From Candidatus Latescibacterota bacterium (GTDB lineage Bacteria > Latescibacterota > UBA2968 > UBA8231), in NCBI GenBank assembly GCA_965261395.1, contig OZ253462.1:3616001-3680000 (forward strand): 64,000 nucleotides of DNA, given 5' to 3'. Position numbers and translations under genes: made by a program. This document shows, in pieces, positions 51,783 through 58,876 of this stretch. Under the pieces are notes generated by a model. That model was given only the letters and a program-made list of their open reading frames with translations. It did not search any database and was not told the DNA's origin. Numbering within the stretch: position 1 is the first letter of the stretch; every line of letters begins with the position of its first letter.

Positions 51783-52781
51783 ATGACTCCTCAACTTCAG
51801 CAACTGTCCATAGACGATGTTTTGCTAGATGAAACTAATCCCCGAATCCAGCGGGCCTTGAGCATGTACGGTGACGAAATCACCGCAGACCGCATCGCGC
51901 TTGCACTGAAAGAAGGAAGTGATGAGCGAGAGTCTTCAAGCACAACATTTAGTCGGCTTAGGAACTCAATCATCAAAAATAGGGGCATAATCACTCCGAT
52001 CATCATTAATGTCAGAGACGGTCAACGTGTATGTGTTGAGGGCAACACACGATTACTGATTTATCGTGAGCTTCACGAAGATGAGCCTAATGGAACTTGG
52101 AAGAAAATTCCGTCTCTGGTTTATGACGGGGCAGGGCCTGAAATAATGGAAGCTATTAGATTACAAGCGCATCTTATAGGCCCACGCCCTTGGGACCCAT
52201 ATTCCAAGGCGAAATATCTCGATTATTTATGGAATGAAGAATATTTGTCTGAAGAAGAAATTATCGAGTATTGCGGTGGAAACAAAAAACAGATACAAGC
52301 CAGCATAGCAGCGTACAGATTAGTGGAGAATGTATATCGACCTCTGCTGGAGGATGACAATGATTTCGATCCAACCCGTTTCAGCGGTTTTGTGGAGTTT
52401 CAAGATCCCAAAGTTTGCAGAGCCGTTTATGATGCTGGATACAAAGATAAAAACTTTGCTCGATGGCTGCATGATCGAAAAATTGTGCGTCTTGAGCATG
52501 TCAGATCCCTGCCTGATATTTTTCAGAATGAAGAGGCGAAACAGGCATTTATTTACGGAGACTCTCTTGAGGCAATTAAAGTCCTCAATCAGCCATCTGT
52601 CGATGAACTGATTGCCAAGTTGAGCTTGGAAGAGTTGCTGGAGATAGTAGAAAAAAAGATATATGGTATTACCTATAGCGAAGTAGAGCAATATAAAAAA
52701 GAGCCTAGAACTCTCCCCTCTGCTCTAAAATCTACAATCGAAACACTTGAAGATTTTCGTAAGCAAATAGCCTCAGACTAA
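51783..52781 (+). CDS. ParB/Srx-like protein (island gene 6), paralog of gene 3
   Basis: LD.TNPRI, SI....GI.TPIII, VEGNTRL, H..G..PW.P.SKA. Confidence 0.82.
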   Translation: MTPQLQQLSIDDVLLDETNPRIQRALSMYGDEITADRIALALKEGSDERESSSTTFSRLRNSIIKNRGIITPIIINVRDGQRVCVEGNTRLLIYRELHEDEPNGTWKKIPSLVYDGAGPEIMEAIRLQAHLIGPRPWDPYSKAKYLDYLWNEEYLSEEEIIEYCGGNKKQIQASIAAYRLVENVYRPLLEDDNDFDPTRFSGFVEFQDPKVCRAVYDAGYKDKNFARWLHDRKIVRLEHVRSLPDIFQNEEAKQAFIYGDSLEAIKVLNQPSVDELIAKLSLEELLEIVEKKIYGITYSEVEQYKKEPRTLPSALKSTIETLEDFRKQIASD

Positions 52782-52862
52782 CGCTAAAAGAATTTCTGAC
52801 AAGATGACAACTGTCGTGTTTGTACAGGCTGTGGGCCTTAATACATACATATAAGACCCCTC

Positions 52863-53018
52863 ATGCCTTACCAGTTGCTCAAATACGGCCTCGCGAAGAA
52901 ATACTTCGAGCCGCGCATGTTCCGCTCGCCCGAGCGGCTGCGCGATAGCTATGAAGTAGTGATCATCGGCGGCGGCGGGCACGGGTTGGCCGTCTTGCTT
53001 CGTGCTGCTCAGGGATGA
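52863..53018 (+). pseudogene. Truncated 5' copy of the soxB-like gene
   Basis: MPYQLLKYGLAKKYFEPRMFRSPERLRDSYEVVIIGGGGHGLA then divergence and a stop; homologous to 54905-55034. Confidence 0.9.
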
Positions 53019-53107
53019 AAGGGACGAAACACCCATCTAATGATTATTTAAATGCCTTTTGAGTAAGTTATATTGCCATTTCGACGAAAAATCGTTATCA
53101 TTGAGAA

Positions 53108-54322
53108 ATGATTCACACATTTTCCGTATCCAACTACTACTCGGTCCGCGAGGAAGTAGTTCTCGACCTCCGCATTCTAGGCACTGCTCCCGCCCTGCCA
53201 CACTTCCGGCGCAGTACGGCCAAGCCGGATATCCGGCTCCCCTCTGTCGTCGTGTTCATGGGACCCAATGGATCGGGCAAGACGACCCTGCTGGATGCGC
53301 TGCTTGCTACCTCCCGCATCGCCTCATCCGCATCTCCTGCTGAAGAGACCAGCCCGCTCACGACCTTTCTCCCTTTCTCTTCGACGGAAACCAGAGACAA
53401 ACCGACGCGGTTTTGCGTAGAGATCGAAGCGGATTGGCTGGCACCGGACCAAGCCCGGCACCTGTTCCGCTACGAACTGGCCGTGAGACGCGGTGACGCC
53501 GGCGTCAAGGATACCTTCTTCCAGCGCGAAGTGCTGTCCTACTTTCCCAAGGGGCGCCCCCGCCGCCTTTTCGAGCGCGGTGCTCCGGGAGAGCCTATAT
53601 ACGTTTCCAGTGAGCTAGGGCTCACTCCGAAGGATGACCGCCTCAAGGCGATTCGGGTGGACGCCTCGGTGATTGCCACGCTCGCCCTGCTCAATGTGCC
53701 TTTGGCGGCGCGTATCGCAAAATGGATGCGCGCTTTTTCTTTTTTTTCCAACATCATTCACCGCGAGAAATGGCAGCTTCCTACCCAAACAATGGTGGAC
53801 ACATTCGACGAGAGTGCTCCCGAGGTGAGAGCTTGGCTCGTGAGACACATCCAGTCCAGCGACTTGGGGATTCGAGACATACGTATTTCGGAGCAAGCCG
53901 ACAAGAAGGAGGTGTTCTTCGACCATCGCGGGCTCGACAGGCCGATTCCTTTGCCCTTCGAGTCCAGCGGCACGAAACGGCTGTTCCATCTGCTACCTCA
54001 GCTCTACCTCGCTCTCAGCGACGGCATTCCCGCGGTCCTCGACGAGGTCGACGGTGATCTTCACGTGGATATCGCCGGCGAAATGCTCGGCTGGTTCCGC
54101 TCCCAAGAGACCAATCCTTCCGGCGCACAGCTTTTCGTCTCCTCTCACAATGTCGGCCTGCTCGACAATCTGGAGAAGGAAGAGGTCTTCATCGTCGAGA
54201 AGGATCGCGATGGCGCGACCCGCGTGTACAGTGCCCAAGATGTGCGCGGTCTCCGCCGCGACACCCGTCTCTATCCCAAGTACCGGGCGGGGGAGCTCGG
54301 CGGTATCCCGAAAATCGGCTGA
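53108..54322 (+). CDS. AAA_21 ATPase (RloA/AbiLi-like)
   Basis: F.V.NY.S, GPNGSGKT, ESSGT.RL, LDE.D..LH, QL..SSH, Y..G..G.IP. Confidence 0.88.
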   Translation: MIHTFSVSNYYSVREEVVLDLRILGTAPALPHFRRSTAKPDIRLPSVVVFMGPNGSGKTTLLDALLATSRIASSASPAEETSPLTTFLPFSSTETRDKPTRFCVEIEADWLAPDQARHLFRYELAVRRGDAGVKDTFFQREVLSYFPKGRPRRLFERGAPGEPIYVSSELGLTPKDDRLKAIRVDASVIATLALLNVPLAARIAKWMRAFSFFSNIIHREKWQLPTQTMVDTFDESAPEVRAWLVRHIQSSDLGIRDIRISEQADKKEVFFDHRGLDRPIPLPFESSGTKRLFHLLPQLYLALSDGIPAVLDEVDGDLHVDIAGEMLGWFRSQETNPSGAQLFVSSHNVGLLDNLEKEEVFIVEKDRDGATRVYSAQDVRGLRRDTRLYPKYRAGELGGIPKIG

Positions 54323-54328
54323 GGGGCG

Positions 54329-54868
54329 ATGCGCCGCAGGTCGGTCGAACCTAGGCGAGTCATTTTCATCGGGGTTGAGGGCAAGAGCGACCAAGCGTTC
54401 GCACGGTTCCTCGGCCACTGTTGTCAAGAAGTAGGTCTGCACCTGCATCTGGATGTGAGACCGGGGAGCGGCGGTGACTCTGTAGCCGTTGTCGAGGAAG
54501 CTGCCCGCCACTTGAGACATTCCGGCAAGAGCAATATCCCCGACAGGCTGGTGTTGTTGGATCGAGACCGCATTAAGCAAGACCTGCAGGCCGGACGCGA
54601 CGCCCAAACGGTAGCATCCAGAGCGAAGCTAGAGATCATTTTTCAGGAGCCGAACCTAGAAGGGCTGCTGATCAGGCTGCATCAAGGACAAGAGAATCGG
54701 AGAATTGCGGCAGACAAAGCGATGGCGGAGCTCAGGAAGGTTTGGCCCGAGTACAGCAAGCCACCGACGGCGGACCAGTTGAGTCAGCGTTTCGCTTTAT
54801 CTGATGTGCAGCGGGCGGCCCAGCACGATAGTGAGTTGCAAAGGCTTCTCAAAGTTCTCGGTCTTTGA
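54329..54868 (+). CDS. rloB: RloB-like (TOPRIM-fold) protein
   Basis: FIGVEG.SD, LLDRD, P.LE.LL..H; directly follows the AAA_21 ATPase. Confidence 0.75.
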   Translation: MRRRSVEPRRVIFIGVEGKSDQAFARFLGHCCQEVGLHLHLDVRPGSGGDSVAVVEEAARHLRHSGKSNIPDRLVLLDRDRIKQDLQAGRDAQTVASRAKLEIIFQEPNLEGLLIRLHQGQENRRIAADKAMAELRKVWPEYSKPPTADQLSQRFALSDVQRAAQHDSELQRLLKVLGL

Positions 54869-54904
54869 TCTTTCTCGTTCGACGAGAGGAGAGTCACCCC
54901 CGTC

Positions 54905-56149
54905 ATGCCCTACCGGTTGCTCAAATACGGCCTGGGTCGAACGCATACCGAGCCGCGCATGTTCCGCTCGCCCGAGCGGCTGCGCGATAGCTATGAAGTG
55001 GTGATCATCGGCGGCGGCGGTCACGGGCTGGCCGCGGCGCACTATCTCGCCCAAGAGCACGGGATCAGTGACATCGCCGTCCTAGAGCAGCGCTACATCG
55101 GCCACGGCGGCACCGGCCGCAACACCGCGATCATCCGCTCGAATTACCTGACGGAAGAGGGCGCGCGCTTTTATCAATTCAGCGTGGATCTCTACCGGGA
55201 TTTATCGCGCCAACTCGACTACAATCTGTTCTACTCCGAGCGCGGCCACTTTACCTTGGCGCACACGCCGGCCGCGCTGCGCACCCAGCGCTGGCGCGCT
55301 GAGGTCAACAAGCACCTCGGCATCAACTCCGAGGTCGTCGGCCCGGAGTTCATCAAGAAGACCATCCCCGAGATTGACCTGAGTTGCGGTGGGCACCAGC
55401 CGCCCATCGTCGGTGCGCTCTACCACCCGCCGGGAGCCATTGCCCGCCACGACGCAGTGGCGTGGGCTTATGCGCGCGGGGCGGACAGCAAAGGCGTTGA
55501 AATCCATCAGCAGACCAGCGTCACCGATATTGAAGTGGAGGACGGCCGGGTCGCGGGCGTGCACACGGATCGCGGTTTTATCCAGACCCGCAAGGTGCTC
55601 AGCGCCGTGGCCGGCTGGACGCCGCAGATACAGCGGATGGTCGGACTGCGCTCGCCGCTGGTGGTGCATCCGCTGCAGGCGTTTGTCACCGAGCCATTTA
55701 AGCCGTGGCTCGACGCGATTGTCGTATCGGCCAGCTTGCACACGTACGTCAGCCAATCGTCGCGCGGCGAGTTGGTCGCCGGTGCCTCTTTGGACCCCTA
55801 TGAGCTGACGTCCATGCGCTCGACGCTCGACTTTGCCGAGGGGTTGGCCGGCCACATGCTCGATCTCTTTCCCTGCTTGGGCGACGTCAAGGTGCTGCGC
55901 CAGTGGGCCGGGTTGTGCGACATGACCCCGGACTTCTCGCCGATCATGGGCACGACGCCGATTGCGGGCTTTTACATCGACGCGGGTTGGGGCACCTGGG
56001 GCTTTAAGGCCACGCCGGTCTGCGGCTACACCATGGCCCACGCCATCGCCCGCGACGAGAATCATCCGCTGATCCGCGCCTTTAATCTGTCGCGCTTTGG
56101 CGCGTTTGATTTGGTCGGCGAGAAGGGAGCGGCTTCCGTTGGCCACTGA
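54905..56149 (+). CDS. soxB: Sarcosine oxidase beta-like; N-methylglutamate dehydrogenase subunit A
   Basis: IIGGGGHGLA, GRNTAIIRSNY, ARHDAVAW, GWGTWGFKATP. Confidence 0.92.
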   Translation: MPYRLLKYGLGRTHTEPRMFRSPERLRDSYEVVIIGGGGHGLAAAHYLAQEHGISDIAVLEQRYIGHGGTGRNTAIIRSNYLTEEGARFYQFSVDLYRDLSRQLDYNLFYSERGHFTLAHTPAALRTQRWRAEVNKHLGINSEVVGPEFIKKTIPEIDLSCGGHQPPIVGALYHPPGAIARHDAVAWAYARGADSKGVEIHQQTSVTDIEVEDGRVAGVHTDRGFIQTRKVLSAVAGWTPQIQRMVGLRSPLVVHPLQAFVTEPFKPWLDAIVVSASLHTYVSQSSRGELVAGASLDPYELTSMRSTLDFAEGLAGHMLDLFPCLGDVKVLRQWAGLCDMTPDFSPIMGTTPIAGFYIDAGWGTWGFKATPVCGYTMAHAIARDENHPLIRAFNLSRFGAFDLVGEKGAASVGH

Positions 56150-56250
56150 GAATTTATTATGTTTATGTATCATTTAATCAAAAAATAGACTTGTTAAGGT
56201 TTATCCTATACTCGACTATTGATAATTACTTAAAATCAGTGAGTGATTTC

Positions 56251-57564
56251 ATGGCCCAGCCCTTATTACAACAAGACTTATTTGAATCGTCACCTCTTAC
56301 TCAATCTGGCATTAAAAAAGGTAAGAGTGCCAGATCGGGGACTTTCGGCGATAACATGAAGTTGCCGGTCCATCGGTGGTTTCGCTATTCTGCAGGTTTT
56401 TCGGCCGATTGGGCTAAAGAGGTCATATCGCAATATCAGGTCAAGCACCTCCTAGATCCCTTTATGGGCTCGGGAACTGTCTGCTTAGTAGGTGACGAAT
56501 TAGGATTAAAATCTTGGGGGGTTGAAGCACATCCGTTTGTTTACAAATTAGCTAAAGGAAAACTCGCTTGGGCTGAAAAAACCGATGATTTCAGACAAGC
56601 TATTACAGATATAGAGAACTTTGCAGAAAAATTAGATATCAGTGCACCTGACGATATACCACGGTTATTGACCAAATGCTATAGTAATGAGACATTGCTT
56701 GACCTATATAGGCTTAGAGATGCCTATACAGAAATTTCAAGGTCATTGAGTGAGGAGATTCGTTCACTAGTATTTTTAGCGATTTCCGCCATTCTGAGGC
56801 CGGTAAGCCATGTTGGGACTGCGCAATGGCAGTATATACTTCCCAATAAACGCAAGGCTAAAGTATTACAACCTATTGAAGCATTAAACGCTCAGGTTGG
56901 GACGATGGTCGATGATATGCAACAAATGTCAATGAACTCATGCGAAAGCAAGGCAACCATTATTCCCGGCGATGCTAGAACCTTAATTGAAATTCCTGCG
57001 GACATAATAGACTTAGTTGTCACATCTCCACCTTATGCGAATAACTATGATTATGCGGATGCAACAAGATTAGAAATGACCTTTTGGGGCGAAGTGAGAT
57101 CGTGGGGTGATCTGCATGGGGCAGTACGACAGTTCTTAATGCGTTCTAGCTCTCAGCATGTTTCCAAAGATCGCCTTGAGCTTGAGAGCTTACTAAACGA
57201 AACAGCTATTGAACCAATTAAAGAAGAATTAACTAGAACCTGTCATGAGCTAGAAACAATACGAGAAGGAAAAGGAGGTAAGAAAGCATATCATACTATG
57301 ATCGCTGCCTATTTTAATGATATGAGTAATACCTTTCATTCTCTTCGAAGAGTGACAAAGAAAGGTATTACTATGTGTTTTGTTATTGGGGACTCTGCTC
57401 CTTACGGTATTTATGTCCCTGTCGAAAAATGGCTTGGTGAACTCGCGATAGCGGCGAATTTTAGTTCGTGGTCATTTGAAAAAATTAGAGATCGAAATAT
57501 AAAATGGAAAAATAGGAAGCATAGTGTTCCTCTGCATGAAGGAAGACTCTGGATAAAGGGTTAG
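56251..57564 (+). CDS. Amino-DNA methyltransferase (SPPY, probably N4-cytosine)
   Basis: PVHRWFRY.AGFS, LDPFMGSGT, VTSPPY.N.YDY, VIGDS. Confidence 0.9.
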   Translation: MAQPLLQQDLFESSPLTQSGIKKGKSARSGTFGDNMKLPVHRWFRYSAGFSADWAKEVISQYQVKHLLDPFMGSGTVCLVGDELGLKSWGVEAHPFVYKLAKGKLAWAEKTDDFRQAITDIENFAEKLDISAPDDIPRLLTKCYSNETLLDLYRLRDAYTEISRSLSEEIRSLVFLAISAILRPVSHVGTAQWQYILPNKRKAKVLQPIEALNAQVGTMVDDMQQMSMNSCESKATIIPGDARTLIEIPADIIDLVVTSPPYANNYDYADATRLEMTFWGEVRSWGDLHGAVRQFLMRSSSQHVSKDRLELESLLNETAIEPIKEELTRTCHELETIREGKGGKKAYHTMIAAYFNDMSNTFHSLRRVTKKGITMCFVIGDSAPYGIYVPVEKWLGELAIAANFSSWSFEKIRDRNIKWKNRKHSVPLHEGRLWIKG

Positions 57565-57566
57565 AC

Positions 57567-58593
57567 ATGGCATACTCTCCTTCTCATAAGTTTGGACAAT
57601 ATATAGGTAAATTATTGGAGGATATCGTTCTATATAAAATTTTGAAACCTAGATTACAGTATTTTGCCGAAGACAAAAAATACTATTTAGATTGGCAAAG
57701 GGATCGACCAGCAAGAAAAGGGAAGAAAGTCACATGGGAAGATAAATATGGTAACAAACACGATCTGGATTTTGTACTTGAGATAGACGGTACTGATCAT
57801 GAAAAAGGCAGACCTATCGCTTTTATTGAAGCTGCATGGAGGCGTTACACTAAGCATTCAAAAAATAAGGCTCAGGAAATTCAAGGAGCACTTTTACCTA
57901 TTGTGGGACGTCATCACCTCTCTGCACCCTTTTATGGTGTAGTTCTCGCTGGCGAATTTACACAACCTGCAATTAACCAACTAAAGAGTAATGGTTTTTC
58001 GGTTCTATATATACCATACAAAAACATAGTTACTGCTTTCAAAGATATAGATTTTGATATTGCTTTCAATGAAAAAACGGCAGATAGTATGTTTTCCAAT
58101 GCAATTGGAAAATTAAATAGTTTAAACATTTCAGAAAAAAATACACTTACTCAATCTATTGTGAATATATGTGAGAAGCTGTCTGAAAACCCCCGTCGGG
58201 CCGCCTCAAGGGTCGCCAAGCGACCTTCGCATTGAGCATTTTTCATAGGGCGAGACGCTCGTGATCCTAGGCCTTTCTCTTCGCACAAAGGGTGGCACCC
58301 GGAGTTTTCAGACGGCTTCTGAGGATGACACTAACGAATTTATGACCGACCTCCAAAATACTCTTGAAAGACATATTTCCCAAATAATATTGATTCCTCT
58401 ATTTGGCAATAGATATGAATATGATTCTATTGACGCGGCAATGGATGAATTAAACTCTCTCGATATCAGTATTGTGTCAGGATCTTTCGAAAAATTTGAG
58501 ATTATTGTTGACTACAACAATCAGGATACTATCCGTGCTACGTTTTCAGATAAAAAATCTGCTCTTAGCTTTTTAAATGGATTAAAAAACTAA
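57567..58593 (+). pseudogene. Putative type II restriction endonuclease split by a MITE (292 aa when restored)
   Basis: HDLDFVLE...AFIE.AWRRYTKHS.NK.QEI; removing the MITE gives in-frame ..NICEDDTNEF.. Confidence 0.8.
58175..58319. mobile_element. 145-bp MITE with the ends of the IS5 at 46454-47385
   Basis: GAAGCTGTCTGAAAAC / GTTTTCAGACGGCTTC; 3-bp target duplication TGA. Confidence 0.92.
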
Positions 58594-58612
58594 AGCTTCG
58601 TCAGGTAGTGTC

Positions 58613-58876
58613 GTGAAAATCCTCACCTGCCCAATCAACGGTCCGCGCCCACTCTCGGAGTTTGTCTTCGGCGGCGAGGTGCGCTCCATGCCCGATCCCA
58701 AGCAAGCAAGCGACGCTGTGTGGGCCGACTACGTATTCAATCGCTGCGGCGAGCCGGGCGTCCAGCGCGAGTGGTGGTACCATAGCGCCAGCAGCACTTG
58801 GTTTGTCGCCGAGCGCGACACGGCCCGCGACAAGATCGTCCGCACCTATTTGTGGGGCGAGGAGGACCAAGCGTGA
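58613..58876 (+). CDS. soxD: Sarcosine oxidase delta-like subunit
   Basis: CP.NGPR..SEF..GG, EWW.H, ERDT..D. Confidence 0.9.
   Translation: MKILTCPINGPRPLSEFVFGGEVRSMPDPKQASDAVWADYVFNRCGEPGVQREWWYHSASSTWFVAERDTARDKIVRTYLWGEEDQA

Noticed and set aside
43428-52781. Assignment of the island to BREX, DISARM, Dnd, Dpd or prokaryotic viperin
   Set aside because: No PglZ/PglX, DrmAB, DndCD or DpdA/Que genes, and the radical SAM has a B12-like N-terminus unlike viperin or QueE.
58604-58613. GGTAGTGTCG matching the IS1-like terminus
   Set aside because: Only 10 bp, overlaps the soxD start region, and has no partner end or target duplication.
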